Of a stretch of DNA of 38,315 nt, positions 16,586 to 26,179 are shown in pieces; the first letter of the stretch is position 1; the number at the start of each line of letters is the position of its first letter. The notes beneath the pieces are model-generated. The model had not been told where the DNA came from. It saw only the letters and a list, made by a program, of their open reading frames with translations, and made no database searches. Origin of the DNA: Candidatus Hydrogenedentota bacterium (GTDB lineage Bacteria > JBFMHD01); contig JBFMHD010000002.1 in the NCBI GenBank assembly GCA_040752395.1, forward strand, positions 1 through 38,315, in the 5' to 3' direction. Made by a program: the position numbers and the translations under genes.

Positions 16586-16983
16586 ATTTTTAATACTCGC
16601 TCAAGGTCTTCTATTTCCTGCGCCCTGAAATACATAGTCTCTATGGATTTCCGCGATAAATCCTCAAGATAATCTGTATAAATATCATCATTTACGCAAT
16701 ATACAAGAATACTTTCGGTTATGACCTGTAACTGAAATGAGAGAGGAGCCTCATTTAATACTACTACATCAGGTTTAATTAAAAGTATTTTTTTTAATTC
16801 ATCGCTAATTGCATCTGTTAAAATTATATTTTTACAATAGTTATTATTCTTTAAATATACGGCAATATCAATATCAAGTATCAGGGCTTCTTTTCTTGCA
16901 TAAGACCCAAATACTAAAGCAAATAAAATTTCAGGATATTTTACCAATACTTCTCTTATTCCATCGAATGCCGTATCTTTCAT
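16582..16983 (-). CDS. MntA-like minimal nucleotidyltransferase antitoxin
   Basis: FGSYAR.....DIDIAVY and DVVVLNEAP motifs; ATG at 16983 preferred (track start 17019). Confidence 0.85.
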   Translation of the reverse strand: MKDTAFDGIREVLVKYPEILFALVFGSYARKEALILDIDIAVYLKNNNYCKNIILTDAISDELKKILLIKPDVVVLNEAPLSFQLQVITESILVYCVNDDIYTDYLEDLSRKSIETMYFRAQEIEDLERVLKI

Positions 16984-17213
16984 ATTTTGAAAAATATAGC
17001 ATATTATTCTATCTGTCAATTATCTTTTTTTGTGATTCAGACAGTATACACTATAAGGTGATTACCGACAAAAAATCAGGAGAAAAAATATTTCCTTTAT
17101 TTTTAATAACAAGTGTTTAACTTTCCTTGCCTGCATACGTCCCTTGTTCCTGAACATAAATAAAGACCGTCTCCTTTATTGTCAATTCCTCAAGAGGAAT
17201 TAGATGGTATCAA

Positions 17214-17282
17214 TATACTGCTCCCCTGAAACATAAGACACTTTAAAGGGGAGGAAAAGAAGCACAAAGGATATTAGGGGAT
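17214..17282. repeat. Repeat C: inverted copy of 10111-10179
   Basis: 66/69 identical to the reverse complement of 10111-10179 by manual alignment. Confidence 0.93.
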
Positions 17283-17291
17283 GGCTGAAAT

Positions 17292-20200
17292 TTATTTACC
17301 AATAGCACCGAAATTGAGACGGATATACTGAAGGTCTAAATAGTTTACAACATTGTCTTTATTTATGTCAGCATTTGTATCATAAGTAGAGTTGTCTATG
17401 CATATCTTTACTAACGCTGCGTCAAGCAGGTTTATCATATTGTCCTCGTATGCGTCACCACCTGAAAGTGTAATACTTGTTATATAGGTATCAATATTGT
17501 TTGTTACTGAAAAATTATCTGTTTTTGTCTCTAAAAACCCACTCTTTCTTACCCTGAGGTAATAATCTCCAGAGGCTACATTCACAAAACTAAAGAAGCC
17601 ATTTTCTCCTGTGGTATAAACCTGTGTCTCTGAATTGTCTGATTTAATTAAATATACAGTCGCACCACCTGTGCAATATGTTAAATCTTCAAGATTTATT
17701 TTTCCTGATACACAACTACTATCAAAAAAATTTATTATGCTTCTCATAACCTCGTTTCGTGCAGCCGTATCATTTATTATTTCGAATGCAAACCCGAGAT
17801 GAACAAGTTTACATACACTATCGCTTGTCTCGAGTCCACCTGCAAACTGAATCCCGGCAGCATAACCTGTCTCTGATTCATACTGCATCGCAGTTTGAGA
17901 ATTGTTATACCCGGTTGTTGTGAAACTGAACCGATCAGGCCATTTTGCCTGATACGCTGATATACCCTGCGTAGAACCTGCATCGTCTGTGTAAATATTT
18001 ATCAATAGGTTATCAAATATACCGCTATCTGAACCCACTACTTTATATTTTAATGAATCATCAGCTCCATAATCAGCTTTTAAGTAGTTGTTGTAAAAAG
18101 ATTGACCATTGTTTTTGTAATCAAGGTCATAACCTATCTCATTCCCGCTTACAAATAGATTGCCGCCATCTTCTAAATACTCGATGATTTTTGCTTGTTC
18201 GTCCTGATAAAATGTTCCCTCACCCCAGTTTGAGTCTTTAGAAGTAAACCATATCACTTTATCATAATCAAGTAATGAGACATAGCCATCTGCGATTGCT
18301 TCTCTTGAACAACAATTAAAATTATATGAGAATGAATCCAGCGCTTTTGCATAATTGATTATATAATCATTTGAGCCATAGCGATTATCATCCTCAACTA
18401 TAAGTAAATCAACAGGGTTTGCGGTGGTGCGAACCGCATACATATCTGAAAAATCACTCTCGGTATCAACATTATTGAGACCTTTTAATCGAAAATAATA
18501 AAGAGTATTATTCAATCGTCCGGTTAGAGTTGCGCTCGTCTCAGAATTAAAGATAGTATCACTTAAAATAAAGTTTGATCCATCAGTGCTTTGATAAATC
18601 CAGTATTTACTTGCATACGTATCATCATACCAGCACAGATTAACACTTGTTCCTGTTAGATTATTCACAATGTATTGGAATATCGGTGTATCTGGTTTAT
18701 AAATCGATTGAATTAAAACAACTATACTAACCGTATCAAAATAACCATCAGAATCCTCAACCCTTAATGTAAAAGTATCACTACCAACACCTGTAGTTTT
18801 CTGATACAACGTTAAATAATCAGTTTCACCCTCGGTAATAACCATGCTGTCCCATAAAGTTGCATCAGTATCAAATAGAGACCAATTAAGATAAAGAGTA
18901 GTATCCTGATTATCAGTTGCGACTAAATTAATAGTCCAGGGTGATGCTGCTTGCTGTTTGGTGTATTGTAATGGTGATACTAAAATAACAGGAGTGTCTG
19001 TAGTTCCAAGATTAAAATATTCCATTATTTTCTGGATAACAAGTTTTCGGTTTGGGGATGTCGTAATACATTCAAACGGGAACCCAAAATTTACGACCTT
19101 ACAAGTTTCTGATCCTGCTGGAACGGTCCCGCTAAAATTAACACCTGCACCTTTATAATTTGAGTATAAAAGATTAAGAGAACCATCTCCACCTGGATAA
19201 ACGCCAATAGAATCAGGGTACGTAGCGTCGTAAGCACCGCCATCATTTATACCATTATCAGCATCGATAGCGAAACTAAGACCATCAAAAATACCGCCAC
19301 TTATCCCATTTACACTTACATTGTTACCAGCATCATCCGCTGAATAAAACGATTTTAAATAGTTAAAATAAAAATCTTCACCTAAATTCTGACCATCAAG
19401 ATCATAACCTATTTCCTGGCCTGTAGTAAAAAGGTTGCCACCATTTTTTAGATAATTTCTTGCTTTTGTCTCTTCATCATCTGTAAAAGTTATATAACCC
19501 CATTTAGAATCTCTGGAAGTAAACCAGATAACAGCAGAATACGAATCCAGAAATATAGTATCACCGACAACAGCTTCTGCTGATGCGTTATCAAAATAAT
19601 AACCTGCTTCTCTTAAACTTTCACCATAATATTTCGAATAATTATTAACACCATAACGATTATCATCTTCAACGATAAGAATAGGTGCTGTGTCGGTACT
19701 TATTCGTATGCAATAGGTATCGCTATTTGTGCTTTCATTACCAGAACTATCAACTATAGTTAAAGCAAAATAATATAAAAGAGAGTTAGTAAGTCCTGAT
19801 AGATTAGTAGTTAAATTTAGAGCTGGTTGTGTATCAGAGACTGAGAAGTTAGAGCCGTCTGTACTTTTATAAATTTTTATATACGAGATATCAGTATCAG
19901 CAGGATTTTTCCAGCGGATAGTTATACTATCGTTACCATTATTAGTTAAAGATAAAAGAGTAGGTTTTGCTGGTGCTATAACATCATAAAAAGTGGTCTC
20001 AGCAGCGAAATAATCCATAATCTTTTGTATTACACTGATACGTGCGGTTTCTGTTGTTATTGTCTCAAAAGGGAACGCAAAATGAACTAATCTGTATGTA
20101 TCGTTGAAATTCACTCCGGCACCAGAACCAGTTGAATATCGTAAGCATAGAATGCCACCACCATACGCTGAGATCGAATCAGGATACGTAGCATCATAAG

Positions 20201-23200
20201 CACCTCCACTATCACCTCCATTATCATCCCTGTCTATTGTAAAACTTATACCGTCAAAGATACCGCCGGCCACACCACTAACAGCAAGACTGTTTCCAGC
20301 ATCATCAGCACTATAATCTGCTTTTAAATAGTTATTATAAAACGCAACACCGCCACCTTGATAATCAAGGTCATAACCAAGCTCCTGACCTGAAACAAAA
20401 AAATTACCACCACTATCAAGATAACTTTGTACCCGCGTCTGTTCCGCACTTGTAAATGTTCTGCTGCCACCAGTTGAATCCCTGCCTGTATACCAGATTA
20501 CTACATCATAATCAGAGAGAAGAATAATATCATTCACAATCGCATAACTATCGCAGTAATCAAACGAGTAATTATTATTATAAAGTGGCCTGGCATAAAA
20601 TTGTGCATAAGCACTTTTTATATAACGGTTATCATCAGCTACAACAAGCACAGTCGGTGTTCCGCTCGTTACAGAGACTGCAAAGATTTCACTCTTTCTG
20701 CTCTCATTATTACCTGTATCAACAGCTGTTACCGCGAAATAATAGAGATTACCATTTGTCAAACCTGAAACATCATAAGTGTTAGTAGGATTATTTAACG
20801 TAGCAACAAGTGAAAAATTTTCACCATTAGTACTTTGATAGACCCTACTTTTATCAAAATCAGATTGAGTGGGTAATAACCAGCTCAATCTAACCTTTCC
20901 ACTACCGATATTCTTTGCATAAATCAGCACTGGTGGCGAGGGTGTACCGAAATAATCTTCAATAGCTTGCCATAATTCTGTCTTACTACCATCATAACCA
21001 AGTGCCCACATACCAGCACCACGCAGGTCTTGAGCCTTTACCATATCGCTATATTTTAATCTTATACTTTGACTATCATCGTACCAGACCTGGCGTGTAT
21101 CAGATGGTGCACCATACTTATACCACGGTGTTGATGAGATAGGGTCCCAGATCCTGCCCCAGGAATCAGCAGCGTTCTTTGCATTTGTATATGTAATAGA
21201 AGAAGCATTAGCCCGCTTTGTTCCTGGTGTATCATAATCAGTGCTTGGCCAGTTATAACCATAATAAGGGATACCAAGGACCATCGTACAAGAAGCCTGA
21301 ACACCTATTTTCTCCTGATAATCTGTTACCGTATAGGAATCATTATAGACCGTGCTCCAAAAAGTGCTTGGATAAAGTGGTGCCACAGGACCAGGGTCGC
21401 CGCCTGACCAGTGATAATCATAAGCCATAATAAAGATATAATCACATCTATCAGCAAGTGCATCATAATCATAACCATAACCGCTGCCTATTGCAGGACC
21501 AGCCATAGTGATAATATAATCAGGGTTTTCATTTTTAAAAGCATCACGAAGCTCGGTCATAAAGGTTGTGAAATTATTTTTTGAAGATGAAGAGACATAT
21601 TCGAAATCTATACAAACACCTTCAGCGTTACCATTCTTTACCTGGGTTTTTAGATTATTTATTAGATTAGAACGATATGTTGAGCTTGCAACAAGTGTAG
21701 CTATGTTTGTGCCGCCAAATAAAGTACAGGTTAAAACTATCTTTATACCTTTCTGATGAAGAGTAGTAAGAATAGAATAATTTGGCCAGCTATTAAGGTC
21801 AGTTAAAGAACCATCACTTGCAGCCTCAACTGAAAAGAAAGAAACAGTGGAAATTAAATCGTAATTCCAGTTGCTTGTAGAAGCCCAGTATGGATAGAAC
21901 CCAAATATCTCTTTATTTTCAGATATTCTTGGTTGCGATTTTGCAGTATTAAGTGGGGGAGGCACCTGTTTAAAAGGTATCACAGGCTCATAGGGTCTGT
22001 ATTTATCAAGCTCTATTTTGTGAATGCTCTCTTTTTCTATTTCGTAAGTCTCTATAACAGAAGATAGGAAATAAGTTGTAGAATTAAAAGGTATGATATT
22101 TTCAATCTCATCTACTATATTGTTTATGATTAGTTTATATGTTTCAGCTGGTTTTTGATTTTTAGTTTTTAGTTGTATTGTACTACTATCAAATAGAGTG
22201 GATGAGATAACTTGCAAAATAGATGAATCTGATTCGCTAATAATAGTATAGTTTGATAAATCTGTAATACTGTTGGGATTTAGATTGTGGGAAAAGATAA
22301 TATTTACAGTGTTTGTATCTATAGAGATAGCTTCTTCTATTTTGAATTTATCATAGACTTTTAACGATATTTTTTCATACCAGACATTTTTATTATTATC
22401 GCTTATTAAAACAGGTAACTCGATTATTTTTGTTTGAAAGAGCGAATCAGAGATAGAGATTATAAAATCGTTTGAGATATTACTTTTTTGTGGTTCTATA
22501 TTACCATAAAAACCCTGATTATTTAGAATTTTTAAATCGTTATCAGTAGAACCTATCTCTGCTGCAACCTCAGTCAAGGTATTATATCCGATATTTTTTA
22601 TCTCTATAGTGAGTGATAATTTTTCGTTATATTCAGGTACGTTGTTATTATTCCCTGTAATCTCTGAAACTCCGAAAGATATAATAGCAGGCGGTCCTGG
22701 TGCTGTTTTATATATCAATGAGATTGTATCAGAAACAGAACTCATATTTGAGAGATATATACAGGTATATTCATTGTTATTAAGGATTGTTCCCGGGGTT
22801 GTGAATGGTGATATCTCGCCATTATTAGTAGTATTATCAAAGCAGGCGAATTGTTTATAATAATCTGATGGTTCAGGCGAGATTAGATTTATTCTGTAAG
22901 GTTCCTCAGAGTTAAAAGAGCCGTATCTTTCAGGGATGGATTCATCAATATGCCAGATACATAATCCCTCATCCGGGAGATATGAATCATAATTTTGTTT
23001 CTTGCGAAAATCACATAAAAAATATTCAGAAGGGTTTTGGGTATTAATACGATAAAGTAAAGGTAGTGGTAGTTCAGTCCAGCCTGAAAGCGGCTGAACT
23101 TGTAGAAATCTTGTTATGCTGTCTGATATTTCAACAGGTGCGAGCCAGCCTGCATAACCATTTGAAGCGTCAGCATCTATATCCATTTTTAAATACGAAC

Positions 23201-24335
23201 AGATATTAGATGGAGTTTTACCATCATTAAGCCAGACACCATAAGACATAAGACAGAATTCACTAACAGGGAAACCATCAAAATCAAAATCATATAAATC
23301 CGGTGCTCCTAAATCATGAAAAAACTCGTGAGCGATCACACCGAGTGGTGAATATTCGGAGACCATTATGTAGTTCTTTACGTAAACTCCATCAACCGGT
23401 TCGCCGCTATCAGGAAGCCACCACGAATGAGACCAGATATCAGTAGATACAGCGTTCTCAGCCTGATCATAACCTGAATGAATAATTATAAGATGGTCAA
23501 CTACGCAATCGTTATTTTTATCGTATTTAGAGAAATCTACATCTTTATCAGCAAGTCTTACAGCTTCTCGTGTTAGCTCATAAATCGGCGTATTTGCATT
23601 ATCCGGATACCAGTTATCGTCTTCCCCATAAAATTCCATTTTAAAAGAACTATGATAATAATCATTTCCCGATATATCGCCTGCTATGACAAGGTTACCA
23701 TAAGAATTCTCATAAAAATAATGTTTCAATGATCCGTTTTGGTTTCCGAACAGGAGTTCTCTATGTATATTTTGTGAAACCTCACCTTTCTTATCTGTGA
23801 AATCAATCCTGATAACCAGAATATTTTCTATAGGATCAAGGATAGTGTATTTATGTGATGATTCGTTCTGCTTTATAGAATAATTATTATATTCAGTTTT
23901 AATTTTTGATTTTATAAAATTGACCCATCTATTCTTTTTTTTATTATCCGGTAATTTTTTAAAAATATTTTCAGTTTTTTGTATTTCAGTAATTTTAGGT
24001 CTATTTTTATGATTTATTTTTAGCGGTTTTTTAGTTTGTTTTAGATATGGTACTAAATTATCAGGTTTATGTATATTGACTTTTAGGTCAGTAAATTGGA
24101 ATTCATCTTTAAGGTTAGTTGAGAGATATTTAATCCAGCCGTCCTGGTCTCTTGCTACAATATAACCATCTTGAGTTTCAAAATATGCATAATTTTCATC
24201 CCCGATTTGTTTTACATTTACAGGAGTATTATCAGGTTGTCTTAATTGATGTAATTGTTGTTTAGCAGGGACAGCATAGATGTTATGAGCAGATATTAAG
24301 ATATAAACCAGAAAAACCAGTACTTTTTTTGCCAT
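17292..24335 (-). CDS. Giant secreted multidomain hydrolase: M6 (InhA-like) metallopeptidase, GH18, three FN3-plus-alpha/beta modules, carboxypeptidase-regulatory-like domain and dockerin-like C-terminus
   Basis: Signal peptide; QPD..GDE prodomain; IWSH and HEFFHDLGAPDLYD; GH18 motifs EGVCIDFEY, IMAYDYH, LGIPYYG, G.GMWALGYD; three repeats of DDNRY..VIW.T...GGN.F..G.E.GYDLD..YLK..Y.ADD..F.FE; paired GD..D..IN..D / ADINKDNVVNYLD. Confidence 0.85.
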   Translation of the reverse strand: MAKKVLVFLVYILISAHNIYAVPAKQQLHQLRQPDNTPVNVKQIGDENYAYFETQDGYIVARDQDGWIKYLSTNLKDEFQFTDLKVNIHKPDNLVPYLKQTKKPLKINHKNRPKITEIQKTENIFKKLPDNKKKNRWVNFIKSKIKTEYNNYSIKQNESSHKYTILDPIENILVIRIDFTDKKGEVSQNIHRELLFGNQNGSLKHYFYENSYGNLVIAGDISGNDYYHSSFKMEFYGEDDNWYPDNANTPIYELTREAVRLADKDVDFSKYDKNNDCVVDHLIIIHSGYDQAENAVSTDIWSHSWWLPDSGEPVDGVYVKNYIMVSEYSPLGVIAHEFFHDLGAPDLYDFDFDGFPVSEFCLMSYGVWLNDGKTPSNICSYLKMDIDADASNGYAGWLAPVEISDSITRFLQVQPLSGWTELPLPLLYRINTQNPSEYFLCDFRKKQNYDSYLPDEGLCIWHIDESIPERYGSFNSEEPYRINLISPEPSDYYKQFACFDNTTNNGEISPFTTPGTILNNNEYTCIYLSNMSSVSDTISLIYKTAPGPPAIISFGVSEITGNNNNVPEYNEKLSLTIEIKNIGYNTLTEVAAEIGSTDNDLKILNNQGFYGNIEPQKSNISNDFIISISDSLFQTKIIELPVLISDNNKNVWYEKISLKVYDKFKIEEAISIDTNTVNIIFSHNLNPNSITDLSNYTIISESDSSILQVISSTLFDSSTIQLKTKNQKPAETYKLIINNIVDEIENIIPFNSTTYFLSSVIETYEIEKESIHKIELDKYRPYEPVIPFKQVPPPLNTAKSQPRISENKEIFGFYPYWASTSNWNYDLISTVSFFSVEAASDGSLTDLNSWPNYSILTTLHQKGIKIVLTCTLFGGTNIATLVASSTYRSNLINNLKTQVKNGNAEGVCIDFEYVSSSSKNNFTTFMTELRDAFKNENPDYIITMAGPAIGSGYGYDYDALADRCDYIFIMAYDYHWSGGDPGPVAPLYPSTFWSTVYNDSYTVTDYQEKIGVQASCTMVLGIPYYGYNWPSTDYDTPGTKRANASSITYTNAKNAADSWGRIWDPISSTPWYKYGAPSDTRQVWYDDSQSIRLKYSDMVKAQDLRGAGMWALGYDGSKTELWQAIEDYFGTPSPPVLIYAKNIGSGKVRLSWLLPTQSDFDKSRVYQSTNGENFSLVATLNNPTNTYDVSGLTNGNLYYFAVTAVDTGNNESRKSEIFAVSVTSGTPTVLVVADDNRYIKSAYAQFYARPLYNNNYSFDYCDSYAIVNDIILLSDYDVVIWYTGRDSTGGSRTFTSAEQTRVQSYLDSGGNFFVSGQELGYDLDYQGGGVAFYNNYLKADYSADDAGNSLAVSGVAGGIFDGISFTIDRDDNGGDSGGAYDATYPDSISAYGGGILCLRYSTGSGAGVNFNDTYRLVHFAFPFETITTETARISVIQKIMDYFAAETTFYDVIAPAKPTLLSLTNNGNDSITIRWKNPADTDISYIKIYKSTDGSNFSVSDTQPALNLTTNLSGLTNSLLYYFALTIVDSSGNESTNSDTYCIRISTDTAPILIVEDDNRYGVNNYSKYYGESLREAGYYFDNASAEAVVGDTIFLDSYSAVIWFTSRDSKWGYITFTDDEETKARNYLKNGGNLFTTGQEIGYDLDGQNLGEDFYFNYLKSFYSADDAGNNVSVNGISGGIFDGLSFAIDADNGINDGGAYDATYPDSIGVYPGGDGSLNLLYSNYKGAGVNFSGTVPAGSETCKVVNFGFPFECITTSPNRKLVIQKIMEYFNLGTTDTPVILVSPLQYTKQQAASPWTINLVATDNQDTTLYLNWSLFDTDATLWDSMVITEGETDYLTLYQKTTGVGSDTFTLRVEDSDGYFDTVSIVVLIQSIYKPDTPIFQYIVNNLTGTSVNLCWYDDTYASKYWIYQSTDGSNFILSDTIFNSETSATLTGRLNNTLYYFRLKGLNNVDTESDFSDMYAVRTTANPVDLLIVEDDNRYGSNDYIINYAKALDSFSYNFNCCSREAIADGYVSLLDYDKVIWFTSKDSNWGEGTFYQDEQAKIIEYLEDGGNLFVSGNEIGYDLDYKNNGQSFYNNYLKADYGADDSLKYKVVGSDSGIFDNLLINIYTDDAGSTQGISAYQAKWPDRFSFTTTGYNNSQTAMQYESETGYAAGIQFAGGLETSDSVCKLVHLGFAFEIINDTAARNEVMRSIINFFDSSCVSGKINLEDLTYCTGGATVYLIKSDNSETQVYTTGENGFFSFVNVASGDYYLRVRKSGFLETKTDNFSVTNNIDTYITSITLSGGDAYEDNMINLLDAALVKICIDNSTYDTNADINKDNVVNYLDLQYIRLNFGAIGK

Positions 24336-24406
24336 CTTATCAATTTTACAAATATTTTACTTTTAGTGCTCCTGGGTAATATAATACACTTAGCTGGCAT
24401 TGCCAA

Positions 24407-25117
24407 TCATTTTTTCCTTAATTTTCTTACAATAAATACGTCACGTGAGGTTTTTAATATGCGTTTAAATAAATTGATTTTACTTTTTCCACATTTTCGT
24501 GGTCTGTGATTTATCGGCACTTCTTTTATTTTATAACCCTCTATTCGTAGTAAAGTTGGGATAAATCTGTGCATGCCATTAGAAAGGTGGATTTTTTTAA
24601 TTACACTACTTTGATAAATACGCATAGTTGAGGAACTGTCTTTTATTGACTCACCGATTATTAAGTTACGTAAAAGATTACCTGTTTTTGATAATACTCT
24701 TCGTATAAAATTGTCTTTTCGTTTTCTACGCCAGGTAACAACAGCATCGTAACCATCTATTTCCTGTAGCAGACGATGGATATCACGAGGATCATTCTGT
24801 AAATCGCCATCCATACTTATAATTAATTTACCAGAGGAGCTTGCGAACCCTTTTTCTAAAGCAGCTGAGATTCCTGAATTTTTCTCTATAAATATCGGTT
24901 TAACAGTTATGTCATTCAATTTTAGTAATTCGTCTTTAGTTCCATCATTTGAGCCATCATCAACGAATATTATTTCATAGGTTTTATTTATCTTTTCTAA
25001 TTCTGTTTTCAATTCTTCATAAAGGGGTTGTATATTTTCTTTTTCATTGAATACAGGGATAACAATTGAGAGTAGTGGTGATTCGTAAACCGGGCTTACT
25101 TCACTCTTTATGTTCAT
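24407..25117 (-). CDS. GT2 polyprenyl-phosphate glycosyltransferase (DPM1/ArnC-like)
   Basis: LSIVIPVFNE, FVDDGSNDGT, MDGDLQNDP, HRFIP and HRPR..GKSK motifs. Confidence 0.9.
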   Translation of the reverse strand: MNIKSEVSPVYESPLLSIVIPVFNEKENIQPLYEELKTELEKINKTYEIIFVDDGSNDGTKDELLKLNDITVKPIFIEKNSGISAALEKGFASSSGKLIISMDGDLQNDPRDIHRLLQEIDGYDAVVTWRRKRKDNFIRRVLSKTGNLLRNLIIGESIKDSSSTMRIYQSSVIKKIHLSNGMHRFIPTLLRIEGYKIKEVPINHRPRKCGKSKINLFKRILKTSRDVFIVRKLRKK

Positions 25118-25128
25118 TTATAACATCC

Positions 25129-25215
25129 CTTGTAGTGCTCCCTGTTTGTCGAGACATTTTTTAGTAAATTTTCGGCACATTTTGACCTGACCATTCTAAT
25201 CAGGGGAGCAGTATA
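25129..25215. mobile_element. Repeat D: ~85-bp MITE-like element with terminal inverted repeats flanked by TA
   Basis: TA-GTGCTCCC...GGGGAGCAG-TA; 86/87 identical to the reverse complement of 32523-32609. Confidence 0.8.
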
Positions 25216-26114
25216 TCCCTCTTCTCTATAAGATAAGAGATACTACCTAAAAATACTTCTGTTATTATTATTATTATCCGAAAACTTACAACTATTGGAG
25301 AGATAATATATACAGGGATATAATCTTTTAACAACATAATTAATATCCCTTCACGAACGCCTATACCAGCTGGTGCGGTATAAGTTATGAATCCTATAAC
25401 ATAGGCTATACCCGTAGTAGAGACAAATACCGGCAACATTGTTAGTTCTATCTCTATAAGTGATCTGGTGTACATAAATAAAGCTGTTCCTAACAAAGGC
25501 GCTGGTATTAAATAGTAACATATAAATTTTATTAATTCATAAGTTTTATAACAGGGTTCGAAATCCTCTATTTTTAATATTTGTATTTTTTTAAGTATTC
25601 TTCTAAAAAAGTTAAATAAACCAGAAATTATTACAAGAATAATTATTATTGAAAAGATAGCAAAAAGGCTTTTTAAAGAATAAATACTCGTATATTCTCG
25701 ATAATAAAAATAACCGATCAGATAAATAATTGTAAAGGCACTTATTAAACAAATAGACTCAATAACAAAGCATTGCAGCAACCAGACTTTATCAACATTA
25801 TCTTTCACACCGAAGTAGATTCTTGTTAAAGGATGCCAGACCCCGCCTGGAACATAACGAGGCAAACAGGAGATAAGCCAGCTACGGATTAAGCGGCTAA
25901 TCTTACCCCTTTTACCACCCGAACGAACAATCAGCATCCAGCACGCTGATAAAAGTAAACAGTATATTACTAATATTAAAAGAGTCACTGATAAATAATA
26001 TAGATTAAATCTCCACTGGAACTCTTTTATTTTTTCGAGATTGATGAAAATAATCCTGAAGATAAAGATAAAAATAACAAGAATAATGGCTGATAAAAAA
26101 ATCTTTTTTTTCAT
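25200..26114 (-). CDS. Lysylphosphatidylglycerol-synthase TM / UPF0104 flippase-like membrane protein
   Basis: RYVPGGVW and PAGIGVREG motifs; about 8 TM segments; next to a GT2 gene. Confidence 0.8.
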   Translation of the reverse strand: MKKKIFLSAIILVIFIFIFRIIFINLEKIKEFQWRFNLYYLSVTLLILVIYCLLLSACWMLIVRSGGKRGKISRLIRSWLISCLPRYVPGGVWHPLTRIYFGVKDNVDKVWLLQCFVIESICLISAFTIIYLIGYFYYREYTSIYSLKSLFAIFSIIIILVIISGLFNFFRRILKKIQILKIEDFEPCYKTYELIKFICYYLIPAPLLGTALFMYTRSLIEIELTMLPVFVSTTGIAYVIGFITYTAPAGIGVREGILIMLLKDYIPVYIISPIVVSFRIIIIITEVFLGSISYLIEKRDILLP

Positions 26115-26179
26115 TTGTTAAATTCTTAAATCAATGATATTCAATTGTCAAATAAAAACGATGCTTATTTGGTTTTTTT

